Assembly (NCBI GenBank): GCA_043228905.1
Contig: JBHGNT010000010.1
Span: 3,100,001-3,164,000, forward strand
DNA from: Azolla caroliniana
Lineage: Eukaryota; Plantae; Polypodiophyta
Length of the DNA: 64,000 nt
Reading direction: 5' to 3'
Shown here: positions 13,051 to 25,614 of the stretch, piece by piece
How positions within the stretch are numbered: position 1 is the first letter of the stretch
Layout: the number at the start of each line of letters is the position of its first letter
Made by a program: the position numbers and the translations under genes
The notes under the pieces: generated by a model
Databases searched by the model: none
What the model was told of the DNA's origin: nothing
Seen by the model: the letters and a program-made list of their open reading frames with translations, nothing else

Positions 13051-14614
13051 TTTCTTAATGCACTTCTAATGTCCATCATTGTCATCAATCAGAACATTGC
13101 CAATATAGAGAGTAGTGTGTAGTATTATTGCTCATTTCCACATTCTTAGGCCTTTTGGGTGTTAAACTTGTAGATTGTAGAATTAGCCATACCTCGTCGT
13201 GTGATTGGATAAGCTCAAGTCCACAAATCACAAGACATGGAACTTACCAGTGCTTATTGATATGGAAATTTCCTTATGATTCATTGCAAGAATATTGTCA
13301 TACTCATCATGACATTGGCACCACTTTTCTATTTACAACAATCCACATTCATGTGCCCGAAATTGCCTCAATACTAACATTCCAATTTGTTTGAGTCGGT
13401 TTCTCCATCTTTTGAGTCATTATTGGGAATTCATGTTTGGTGGATATCATTATCTATTGTTGTATTCCCTATTGCTTGAACTTCGTCCTCTTCTACGGCC
13501 ATGCTAGTCATCTGAGTGTTTGTAGAGCATTCGCATTTACATGTTTCTCTTCAAACTATAACATTGATTAGAAATCAAAGAATGATAGTATTGTCTTTCT
13601 ACTAAGGATTGTGGCCTAACAATTGTGTCAGCTCAAGGTATCAAGTGTTCTCACCATAGTTATCCAATATTTGTATTGGCTAAATTTCGCCTCTGCATTG
13701 ATATTGTAATCAAGGGGTCTGAGTTGTTGTATACCCTATTGATCCTATTGATGGTGAGTCAAGTGAGCATGGTTGCTTATCAATCACTCTTGAGCCCCTA
13801 AGCTCGTGAACTTTTTTTTTACTCACATCCCTCACAAAAAAAGCTAGTCTAACTAAGGTGTTAATCAATGTCTCCAAAAGGCAAGTAAAGAACATTACAC
13901 ATAATGATGCTAACCACACTTTGATTAGAGAAGTTACACCACACACACAATGGAGAGAGTTATTAGTGGTTGGCTTAATAATGCTTCACTCTTACTAGTC
14001 ACAAGTATGAGAGAGGAAGGGGGAGAGAGCTTATGTTAAAGAGGAGAAAACTCAAGGTTCCAAAAGAAGAATGAAAAAATGCACAAAGGGGACGTTTATA
14101 GTTCTTGTACAAAAAGATTGTCCCCTTTCACATTGGGGCAGCCATTGAGCCTAAAGCTACAGAGCTAACTTCATTATGGCCCTCTTCTCTTGGTTTCACC
14201 TTGGTTTTTAGTACCAATGCCAATGTCTTCATGGGTCGTGCAACATACACACACACCAAGTACCTAATCAATATTCTAGGAGACCGTCAAAGCATATCTC
14301 CACCATTTCATTCTCCTCGTCCTTGACATCAATTGTACCAACGGAGTTTCACAGTGATTGTATACTCAAGGTATAATCATTAACGACCATATCTTTTCTC
14401 ACTTAATTCCATTCAACTCTTAATTTAGTTAAAGTTTGAGTTGTTGTATTTGTGGTAAAAATGTTCTTGAGATTCTCCCATGCCTCTTCCAATGTTTTTG
14501 CATCATCCCCATATCCAAACATACAGTCATGTATGGATGTTGCAAGATGATATATTACACAATTCCCCCTTGTGATCTAATATTTTCACATTGTCGCGAA
14601 AAATACATGTGTGC

Positions 14615-14822
14615 ATGTGAATGTGAGTAGTTATTATCAATGTTCAAGAACTTTATTAATAAATGCCACAATTGAGCAAGCACATTGCGACTATGAGAGA
14701 AATTTGTGCTTGAGTTTGGTCGAACATTGTGAGCAAAGGTAGAACATTGTATCAAAGTGTGATAGTCAAACTCCCAAACTTATTTAGGGCAAAATGTGCA
14801 TTGTTGACTACTATCATCACGT
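14615..14822 (-). mobile_element. Old LINE 3' fragment, left half (split by LTR element)
   Basis: Aligns to 33690-33912 of the younger LINE (atgttcaagaacttta; cattgtatcaaa; tttagggcaaa.tgtgcat; ctatcatcacgt vs ctctcatcactt). Confidence 0.8.
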
Positions 14823-15576
14823 TGTCGCGTTGTTACGCGCGTGCGTGGAGAAAGGCGGGACCACGGGGGTCTTGGACTAGAGAGGGATGGAGCGTAGGAA
14901 GTCGTGCTTCACTGCTTCTGGGGCATCTCAGAAACACACCGGAAGCAACCGAAGGGAGAGAGAGAGAGAGAGCGTGCTTAACACTGACTCATGCACACAC
15001 ACGCACACACACCCCGACCCGACTCATGCCCTTATGTACAGGAAACGCAGGAAAGGGGGGGGCACCCGACACCAACATAGACGCGAATATACACAGACAG
15101 ACGCAAACATATATATAAATGTATAAATAGAAGAATACAATCCCGGCTTCGACCCGGACTGGAGTAGGTTACAATAGTCGTCTACTGCCAAGCCTCCGTC
15201 GAGGAGCTCTCAGCTCGTCGCGCCGAGCGGGGTCTTGCACAGGAGGCCGAACCAAAGCAAACCCTAAGCAAACACGCAAAAGGAGGAGAAGAAGAACCTA
15301 ACTCTAAATCTAACAGTATACCCTCTAATGCAAAATGGGCAACCCTTTTACAAAGGGCGTTCCCTTCCTTTTATAGAACAAGGAAAGGGAGGCATTACAA
15401 TGCGGGACAAATCCCGACTTACATGGGATCGTCTGTCCCGACTTGACTACTCTTCGGCGCCATAAAGGCGCCCTCGATATTCACACTAAATGTACATGGG
15501 TGCATACACACGCTGCACCCCGCCGATGTAGCCAATGTTTCCCGGTTTTCGCCTATGGCCGAAATTCTTCACGACA

Positions 15577-15592
15577 TCCGCCCCCACCTAAC
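15577..15592 (-). promoter_or_regulatory. Polypurine tract of outer element (GTTAGGTGGGGGCGGA)
   Basis: Abuts the 3' LTR; identical to the PPT of the inner element at 29073-29088. Confidence 0.85.
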
Positions 15593-17457
15593 TGCACATC
15601 CACCGGTATGTGCCAAGTCCGGTTGAAGGGTGAGAGATTTCGGCCGGTGAGAAACCGGTCTTCCGTGATCCGCATCTCGGCTCGCTGCCGGTTTGATCCG
15701 TCGGCTTCAAGTCTTCCTTCGCGCTCGCCTCCCCGTAGGCTCGTTCGACCCGTCGATGGGTCCTCTGCCACGATCTCCGTAGTACGCGTTCTTCCGTTGG
15801 CCCTTGTTCGGCCGTATGAACGCCCCGCTTCCCGCCATATGCTTGATGTCCTCCGCTTGAGGAATGCCCGTGGCAACCCGCTTGGCCTCCGTTGTTGAAT
15901 CGTGATGTTCCGATGGTGTTTCGCGTTGCCTTCGTCCTTCCGCCGCCACCTTCCTTCTCCGTGGTCTTACATCGCCGCGTCGGCTCGAACCGCCATGGTC
16001 TCCGGAACGGTGTGGAGGATCCCTTTCCGACGTTCTCCGCGCTCGCCTTTCCGCTTCGGCACCTCCGTGTGCCATGTACCCTCGCCCGTTGTTTGGCACT
16101 GCCTATGTCACACTTCGGTTTATTGCACGCCTCGTCGGCCCCTTTCCGGCCAGATCGTGCATCGCCGCTCACCCGCATACCGGTGTCCTCTGCATCCGAG
16201 GAACACCCCGTAGTAGCCCGCCTGGCCCTTCCCGTCTTCGTGCTGCTGCAACAGGTCCTGAGTCTTCCGCTTGCCGTCGTCCCCTCGCCCCCACCAGCTT
16301 GTCACCCTGGCTTGCCGTGTCAGTCTTCGTTACTTCGACGGAGCTACCGAGATCTACGAAGCGAGTGTGGAGGATAATCCTCCGGCCTCTCTTGCCATCC
16401 TGATCCCGACCCTGTGCAGTCCACTAGGCACTTGTCACTTCGTTCTCGGCACCTCCCTTGTGCCGTCTTCCGCTTCCTTCGTTCGGCCCCGCCCGCTGTC
16501 GTGAAGAAAACCGTCCACGAGCGGAATCGGTGCGCCGGAGCATAGGAACCGGCGCTTCAAGCACGTACGCCTTACGTTGTACATAAGAGAGCATTAGGGA
16601 CATAGAGGATCCTAGGTAGGTAGATTCGGTAGGTAGGAAGTTATTAGGAAACGGCTCCTTCCTTGCCTATAAAAGGAGGGAGACGAGGAGGGGGAAAGGG
16701 GATCGCGGAGAGTCGAGGACGAAGTGTTGTCGGTTTGTGGGCGAAGGCTTCTCTCTCTCTCTGGCTCGCAAACTCCATAGCTTCTTTCTGTGCAAGTTTC
16801 GGGAGGCTCGCGCTGCTCTGAGGAATGCCCGAGTGCTTCCGGCCCGAGGGCTCCACTATATATAAAGAGGTTATATCACGTGCATTCATGACATCTTTTA
16901 TAAACCCCTTATACATATGTTTTTTACTATTTTAGATACCCTTCTGTGAAAAAAGGACTAATAAAAATACCCCTTGGGGCCAATATATATTTTGAAAATA
17001 ACTCATTTTAAATGCCCTTACATAAAAGATACATGTATGTTTTATACATGTGTGTGTGTATGTATGTATGTAATATATTGTACTGCATATGTTGTATATA
17101 TTTTTATGTATGGGTTGTGTGTGTGTGTGTGTATGTTTCATATGCATGTATGTATTATACTGTATGTGTTGTATATTTTTGTTGTATGGCATGTTTGTAT
17201 GTATCTATGTGTTGTGTGTGTGTAGTGGCTCCTATCTATTGGACCTAAAATCATAAATATTCTTTTACTAATAAAGATTGAATAGTTCATTATTTGGTTT
17301 GATCGATATTCTCTATTTAAACTTCATGAAATTTCATCAACAATCATCATGAATACTCTATCACTACAAGAAGTTCCTTCAAATGCCCAATTATTTCTCA
17401 CATCACAACATTATTTAACAAGGAAAAGATTAATATATGACTAATTAAATATGTGAA

Positions 17458-17562
17458 GCTTATCAAGCAATATATGTGCTATATGGGTCAAGCCACATTT
17501 GACATACATATCAATCACACTATTGGCAATACAACATTTCTTTCTAGTACATCTTTTCCTTA
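17458..17562 (-). pseudogene. Single PLS-type PPR motif fragment
   Basis: Minus strand reads (K)DVLERNVV / IANSVIDMYVKCGLTHIAHILLDKL with one frameshift, matching the PPR consensus VVGNALVDMYAKCG...A..VFDKL. Confidence 0.65.
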
Positions 17563-19058
17563 GATGATATAGTTCGCAACAAACACATGCAAAACCAACT
17601 TGCTATGATAATGAAACACCGAAGGTTCAAATAATGTTTCAAACAAACAATAATTCATTAGACGAGAGGAAAGTAATGGAAACAATTCTATATTACAACA
17701 CATACAATTATTTATTTATCAATCTCCTCCCTTTACAACAAGTAGAAATCAAGACCTTACATTCTCATAATGATGTAGCACTAAGAAAGATGAACACAAT
17801 GTCACTTGATAATAAAATCCAAGGACACAATCAGTGAAGAGTAAAGTGGGTGTGATTCGATGAATAAACTCCAACTTGGCTTCAAAAATGTGAAGTCAAG
17901 GTCATCGCGATCAAAGTGACCATATGTAGGGATCTTCTTGCAATGTTTGCTTCTGCCTCTGTGAAGCTTGAGGTGGATAGCCATCACCCCAGGTTGGAAA
18001 TGATTGGGATTGGGGTTTCCTAAAGTAAAAATATTTCTCATCATTTCCTTTCAATTTCAGGAATACAAAGGAAACACAACGAATACATTTTCCTAAACTA
18101 TTATACATTCCTTGACAAATAAGCACAACCAAACTTGATTTCTACTAAGCTCCTAAGAAGAATCAAGTTCAATATTTTCTCATGACTTTATTTGCATGGA
18201 AAAGGAGAAAACATGCAACAATGAGTGAAGAACAAGGCTCAACATCCACCAAGGTCACAAGACGAATACATACCTGGACAATGGGACGATGAGCAAGTCT
18301 TGCTGCAACAATACTCTTCACAAGTTGCCTCACAATGTAACATCTACTCCAATCAACCTAAGTAGGGTCCTTCCCAAAGGAAGCACCGCCACCACGAGCT
18401 CCCCACGAGGCTTCTTAAGACAAAAAGAATTTTTCTTGCCTATGAAATGACAATAACAAATACACAAATTAACATGGAAAAAAAAACATGAGAGGGATAG
18501 TTGCCAATGCATGTGTATATGTTCATATATGCATTAACATACACACACACAAACATAACCATGCATATGAAAATACATATGCACACATGCAGACATAGAA
18601 ACATGGTTAAAAATTGATATGGTACTAAACCAAGAACCCTCGGAATGAGGTTTGGATCCTGATGGCAACAAATTCTGCCTTTCTTGTAGCTCATCTTGCA
18701 CATCCTTACTTGCTAGAGAAGGGCCACTTCAAAGAGGTCAATCACAGTCATGGCTCTCTCTCTCTCTCTCTCTCTACTCTTTGTCTCTCCCCTTTTCCCC
18801 CTACGTCCAACCCCCAACCCCATTTCTTTCCTTTTTTTTTTAATTGATAAGAAATCCTTGCTCTTGAGACACACTAACTTATGCAGAAGAACTAATCATA
18901 CTGTCAATACATGGAAAAGGAAATTATAGATTGTCATTACCAAAAAATTGGCATGGGCAGAACAAAGAAAGTGACTCATTTCAAAATAGCCAACGCACAC
19001 CAACAATGCAATGTATTTGTAAGCCTCGGTTGCCTAAAGCATACAATATAATTTTGGC

Positions 19059-19728
19059 TCATGCCACAACAGGTCCAATTGTCTTGCCTTTTTTCCTTTG
19101 AATCTTCTTTTGTTCTAAGAACTCAAGCTCCTTGCCTTCAAGAATATAACCATCAGCTCTACCACATTGACCTGGTCGAGAAGATATGCAAGCAAGCAAA
19201 CGACCACTGGAAAATTGATCTTCAAGGTGCTGGTCCAATTTCCTCTCCTTGAGTCGGTCAACATTTCTATGGACAAAATGATTGCTTTTCTTTGCCTCTT
19301 CATCACTTGTAACAGGTGTCTCTCCTTCCTCAGATTCGGTCTTAGTAGCAATAGCTTTCTTTTTCTTCCCCAAATCTATGCCATAATGATTGTTCTACCA
19401 CGTGTGGAAGGGTGTGGCATCAACTTGAACAATTGCAGATTTCACCAAAGTTTGTGTTCTAACAAGCTCATTGTTAGAAGCATTGCAGACAACATCTAAA
19501 ATTTGTGTATGAAATACAACCTTAGATCCCCATGAATACTTTCCAATATCGAGTCTTAGAGCTCAAAATTTCAGATTTCCACCATGCGCTCGGATGTTCC
19601 TGATTGTTTTGTTGCTCGACAGCTTTGACATTGCAGCTTATCCTCTTCTTGCACCTTGTCTTCTTCTTGCCTCCTGTGCCGCGCCTCTTGTGTGTTGAGT
19701 CTCGAGAGATACCAATCGTTGTACCCAT
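19059..19728 (-). pseudogene. RPS8: Processed pseudogene of 40S ribosomal protein S8 (eS8)
   Basis: [80 protein letters not shown]. No introns, two in-frame stops, and a frameshifting deletion after KKR. A10 tract at 18832-18841, about 220 nt past the stop. Confidence 0.93.
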
Positions 19729-19781
19729 CGCTTCGTTGCAGGAGGTCGAAGAGGCTTCTCTCCATTGACGCAGGAAAGCAA

Positions 19782-19820
<39 letters not shown>

Positions 19821-19939
19821 CTTTCTTATATTCCCCCCACTTTTTTGCTAAAACACTAACACATACATATGTATCTAATCTAGTAATCTCCCCCCCTTTC
19901 TTCCCCCATTTTTTCAAACAATTGGCGTTTTAAAAATAG

Positions 19940-22900
19940 CGTGTGTATGTATGTACATATGTTTTATACATGTGTGTGTGTGTGTGGTCACATGCATGTG
20001 TATATACTTTGGGTATGTGTGTATGTGCTCTCTGTACATGTGCATATGTATGTATTGCATTCCGTGTGTTGTATGTATTGTGTGTATGGCATGTGTATAT
20101 ATAAGTATGTGATATGTGTGTATGTTCTACATATGTATGTACATGCATGTATGTGTTATGTGTGTGTATGTTGTATATATGTGCATGCGTATATATGTAT
20201 GTGGTGTGTGTATGTATGTATGTACAAGATTGTATTGTATATATTGTGTGTATGGCATGTGAGTATGTATGGTATGTGTTATGTGCTTGTGTATGTTCTA
20301 TGTATGTGTATATGTATTATATACATATAGCATGTGTGTATGTATGTGTTATATGGGTGTGTATGTTCTATATATATGCATACGTATTGTATTGCATACA
20401 TATATATATGTATGTGTTGCGTGCATGTAATGATGTGTATATGCATGCATATACATATTGTATTGCATTGTATAATTTTGTATCAATTGCATTATTGTAT
20501 ATATGCATTGTATGTATGGCATGTGTACATGTGTATGTATGTACATATTGACATATTGTATTGTGTTGCATGTGTTGTATGCATGGCATGTGAGTATGTA
20601 TAATGTATCTGTGTGTTATGTGTGTGTATGTTCTATATATGTGCATATGTATGTATTGTATGTATGGCACATGTCCATGCACATATGTATGTATGTGCTA
20701 TATGTGTTTGTATGTTCTATACATGTATGTGTGCATGTCTTCTATATATTCTACATATGTATGTATGTATTATGTATTGTACATATATAATGTGTCTATG
20801 TATGTATGTGTGTATTTTCTATTAATGTACATATGTATGTATTGTATTGCATGTGTTGTATGTCTATATGAAAGTATTGTAATTTGTATGAGCTTGTATG
20901 ACCTATACATACGGTGATATGTGGAATATCTATGTATGTGTATGCATATATGCATGTGTCAAAGTACATGATTTAATGTGTCTGGATGTGTGTTTATAAT
21001 ATGTGCATAATGTATGCATGCATGAATGTTTAGTATGAATGTATGTTATGTATGTATGTGCACATAATGTATGCATGCATGAATGAATGAATATATATAT
21101 ATGTAATGTATGAATAAAATATGTATGCTTCAATGAATAAACATGAATGAATGAATATATGAATGTACATATGTAATATGTAATGTATGTATATTTGTAT
21201 GTGTGTGTGTGTGTGGATATTTGTTTGTAATATGTATGTATGTGTATGTACATGTAGCAATGTATAAAAGATTGTATGTATGTGTATGCATATATGCATA
21301 TGCAAATGTACATGATTCAATGTGTATGGATGTGTGATTGTAATATGTGCATAATATCTATGTATATATATGTGTATGTATATGTAGCAATGTATAAATG
21401 AATATATGTATGTCCATGTACGAATGTACATATGTGTATGCATATATCCATATGTAATGTGTGTGTATGTATAGAAGACTATATGTAGGTGTGTATATAT
21501 ATACGTATGTGTGTATATATCTAATATATGTATGTCTGTACGTATGTGTATGTACATGTAGCAATGTATAAAATACTATATGTATGTCCATGTACGAATG
21601 TATATATGTGTATGCATATATGCATATGTCATGTATGTATGTATGTATGTGTATGCATATATGCATATGCAAATGTTCATGATTCAACGTGTATTGAAGT
21701 GTGATTGTAATATATGCATAATATCTATGTAGATATCTGATGTATATATGTGTATGTATGTGTAGCAATGTATAAATGAAGATATATATGTCCATATACG
21801 AATGTACATATGTGTATGCATATATCCATATCTAATGTATGTATGTATACATACACGTATGTATGTATGTATGTATGTGTACGCATATATCCATATGACA
21901 ATGTACATTATTCAATGTGTATGGATGTGTGATTGTAATATTTATGTATATATCTAATTTATGTATATGTAGACAGTAGCAATATATAAATGAATATAGG
22001 TATGTCCATGTATGAATGTAAATATGTGTATGCATATATATACGACAATGTACATGATTCAATGTATATGAATGTGATTGTAATATATGCATATGCAATG
22101 TATGTATGTACACGCATGAATGTACAAGTATGCATGTACATATGTATATATATGTAATATGCAATGCATGCATGTATGTTTGTATGTGTAATAGTGTACT
22201 ATGCATACATGAGTGTGTTCATAATATTTATGTATGTGTAAGTATACATGTATGTATTGTAGTCTGTGATGAAATGTATGTATGTATGTGTATGTAACAT
22301 ATTTATGTGTATGCATGTATGCAATGTATGTATATATGTGTATGGATGTATGTTTGTAAAACTTTTAACATTGTAGGCATATGTACATATATATATGGTG
22401 ATATGTGGAATATGTATGTACATATGTAATGTATGTATGTGTATGCATATATGTATATGTCAATATACATGATTTAATGAGTATGAATATGTTTGTAATA
22501 TGTGCATATATATCTAATGTATGTATGTATGTGTGTGTATGTGGTCATATATATGTAAATGTATGAATGTATGTACGTGTATATATGTAATGTATTTATG
22601 TATGTATATTTTTGGGATATTTTCATGTTTAGTACATATGTATTTGGCTCATATATGGATGTATGTTTGTAATATGTACGTAATATGCATGTATATATCC
22701 AATGTATGTGTAAGTATACATATATCTAATGTGTGTGTGTGTGTGTGTGTGTGTATGTAAGTATTGTGGTTTGTATGGTCTAGTATGATCTATACATATG
22801 GTGATATGTAGAATATGTATGTACATATGTAATATATCTATGTATGTATATATGTAATTTATGCATGTGTAAATTTGTATATTGTGTAATAAGTATGGAT

Positions 22901-24151
22901 TATGTGCTATGTAATATCTAATTTATTTACGTGTAAGTATACATATATCTAATGTGTGTGTGTGTGTGTAGTATGTATATATATAAGTATTGTGGTTTGT
23001 ATGGTCCAGTATAATCTATACATATATATATATGGTGATATGTGGAATATGGATGTACATATGTAATATGTCTATGTATGTATGTATCTATATATGTATA
23101 TATGTAATTTATGTATGTGTAAATTTGAATATTGTGTAATATATGCTATGTAATATCTAATTTATTTATGTGTGTGCACGTGTATATATATTTAACTTGT
23201 TTGTAAGTATGAAGATTTGTATATATATAGTATTTAATCTTAGCCTTTAGGTGTTAATATGTATGTGTATGTGTATACATATATATAATATGTAATTTAT
23301 TTTTGTGTGTTTTGTATGTATATATGTATGTAATATGTAATTTTATTGTATGTATTATGTACATATTTACATATGGTAATATATATTTGTACATATATTT
23401 ATGTTTAGTTAATATGTATGTATAAATGAGTGTAATGTATGTATATACATATTCATGGATGTAGGTATATATGCATGTGTGATGTGTGATATATGAATGT
23501 AGCCTGTAGGTATATATGCATGTGTGATGTGTGTTATGTTTGTGTGTGTATGTATGTACATATTGTATTGTATTGTATGTATGGAATGTGTGTATGTGTA
23601 TGTATGTGTATATATATTATATAATATGAATTTTATTTTTTTTGTGTTTGGTTTGTATATTTGCATTTGTATATAATTGTGTGTATAATAATAAATGTGT
23701 GTAATATGTAATATATAAAATATGTTTGTAAGGAAGTGTATGTATAAATGTAATATGTAATTTTAATGTATGTATGTCAATATATATGGCCAATTCTAAT
23801 ATGTATGTAGTATGTAATGCATGCATGTATGTGTATGTACATATTTACATATGGTAATATATATTTGTACATATGTAATATATAAAATATGTTTGTAAAG
23901 AAGTGTATGTATAAATGTAATATGTAATTTTTATGTATGTATTATCTATATATGTATGTCAATATATATGGCCAATTCTAATATGTATGTAGTATGTAAT
24001 GCATGTATGTATGTGTATGTACATATTTACACATGGTAATATATATTTATGTTTAGTCAACATGCATGTATAAATGAGTGTAATGTATGTATGTATAATA
24101 CATATTCATGGATGTAATGTTTGAATGTAGGTATATATGGATGCATGCATG

Positions 24152-24183
<32 letters not shown>

Positions 24184-24195
24184 TGTATGTATGCC
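19940..24195. repeat. 4.3-kb low-complexity TATG/TG/TA array with higher-order repeats
   Basis: Direct reading; a related short block lies at 17030-17225. Confidence 0.95.
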
Positions 24196-24759
24196 ACTTC
24201 AAATTTGAGTATTGTTTCAATAATATATTCTTCACTATCTCATTGAAATATCTAATATTTCATGGGCTTATGTAATTTTTTTTAAAGCATAATTGATAAT
24301 ACCCTTATGTAAAAATATTTTCAAATCTTTATTAATACCCTTATGTATATATATTATGTATCTCACTGATTAATTAAAACCCCTTTTGATGAACTCACGT
24401 GCTATCATACAAGTTTTGACAGTGAAGTCCCCGGGGCTTCCGGCAGCACCTCCAACCTGCTCCTTTCTTTCTGTACGTTTACGAACAGGCATCAGCATCT
24501 GTTCGCCGGCCTGTTCGGTTGTAACCGACTTCGTGTTTTTGTTGCTTTCGTGTTCTTGTTGTTGTCTTTGTTAATACATACATACATTCGTGTCTCTCTG
24601 TGTCGCTGTCCCACTCGCGTCTTTGTGTCGAAGGGCCGTGTCCTTGTGAATCTACGCTCGCACGTAGTGGGTCTCTTTTCCTTTCTCTCTTGCTCTTCGG
24701 TACAGGACCCCCGAGGTCCCGCCTCATTCCACGCATCCGCGAGGAATACCTCGACATCT

Positions 24760-24777
24760 TGGTGAACCCGACGTGAA
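24760..24777 (+). promoter_or_regulatory. Primer-binding site complementary to tRNA-Trp 3' end (TGGTGAACCCGACGTGAA)
   Basis: 3 nt after the 5' LTR; reverse complement TTCACGTCGGGTTCACCA matches the 3' end of plant cytosolic tRNA-Trp as I recall it. Confidence 0.8.
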
Positions 24778-24799
24778 GGAGGCGGCAGAAGAGCAGAAG

Positions 24800-25614
24800 A
24801 TGAAAGGGTCGGATCTTGCGGAGGCCATGGCTTTGGCCGTGGATCGGATATTGAGCACACGCGAGGGCTCCGGCGCCCTCGACAGAGCCATTGAGGCGGT
24901 CGTCGGTACGATCGGCCAGTTCAGCGGAAAGGATGCCACGAAGTATTTGGCGTCCTACGGGGCAGAAATGCTGATGCGGGACATTCCGGAAGAGAGGCGT
25001 CTTGCCGGGTTTCCTCGAGTGGCGATGCCGAGCATCCATGCGGAGGTGCTCGAGGTCCGGGCGGAGAGCCGTACCTGGGAGGAGTTCGAAGGCCGACTCC
25101 TGGAAAAATACGGGTTGGACGACGCGCTCCGGCTTTCGAAACGAGACTTCATGGAATGGGTGGAGTCCCCCGGCAAGGGAAGAAACGCATCGGCACTCCT
25201 CCGGGAGTTCGAAGAACGCTTTGCGCGCCTTTCGGCGCTTGACCGAACCTGATGTCCATGGACTTCTATAAGAAGGGGAAGTGGCCGATCAACACCAAGC
25301 ACGGGTGGAAGATACGCGCGGCGACGCGCACCACCGAGGAACTGCATGGGGCCTGCTCGAACGTGCGAGTCAAGATTGGCGACGTCGAGATTGACCAGCA
25401 CTTCTTCGTACAGGAGACGTCCTCGCACCCGGTCATATTAGGGGAACCATACATCACGGCGGCGCGAATGGAGACCAAGGTGCTGGACAACGGTTCGGCC
25501 TACGCGAGGGTCAAAAGCCAGGACGGGCGCCATTCGGTCCAATTTCTGACGGTGCGGACGAACCACGAGCGAAACCGCGAATCCCTCGGTGGCGAGAATC
25601 GGGAGGATTTTTAG
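24800..25614 (+). pseudogene. Inner Gypsy gag (24800-25249, truncated by internal deletion) and C-terminal part of the aspartic protease (25252-25614)
   Basis: Gag-like FSGKDATKYL...TWEEFEGRLLEKY; protease C-terminal HFFVQ...PVILGEPY. The catalytic DSG region is missing at the 25249 junction. Confidence 0.75.

Larger units (their letters stand above)
16843..24435. mobile_element. Non-autonomous TIR DNA transposon (7593 bp, 8-bp TSD) carrying host-gene-derived cargo
   Basis: TSD GCTTCCGG at 16835-16842 and 24436-24443, single copy in the intact 3' LTR. Imperfect TIRs CCCGAGGGCTCCACT / CCCGGGGACTTCACT (12/15), with CACGTG..TTCAT at the same distance from both ends. Subterminal ataccctt-like repeats; no transposase recognised. 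Confidence 0.88.

Noticed and set aside
15443-16504. Overlapping 100-200 aa ORFs on both strands (also 29200-31900 and 62200-63960)
   Set aside because: GC-rich retroelement sequence is stop-poor; no recognisable domains apart from the gag/pol frames already listed.
19930-24235. Dozens of Cys/Tyr/Met/His-rich ORFs
   Set aside because: Stop-poor by-products of the TATG array; no domain signal.
16854-24424. CACTA/EnSpm element (CACTA...CAGTG just inside the ends)
   Set aside because: Flanking 3-mers differ (CTC vs AAG), and comparison with the intact LTR puts the junctions 11 bp further out with an 8-bp TSD.
16835-24444. 9-bp TSD (GCTTCCGGC), Mutator-style
   Set aside because: Formally possible because the element starts with C, but only the 8-bp reading gives symmetric CCCG...CGGG termini; the superfamily remains unassigned.
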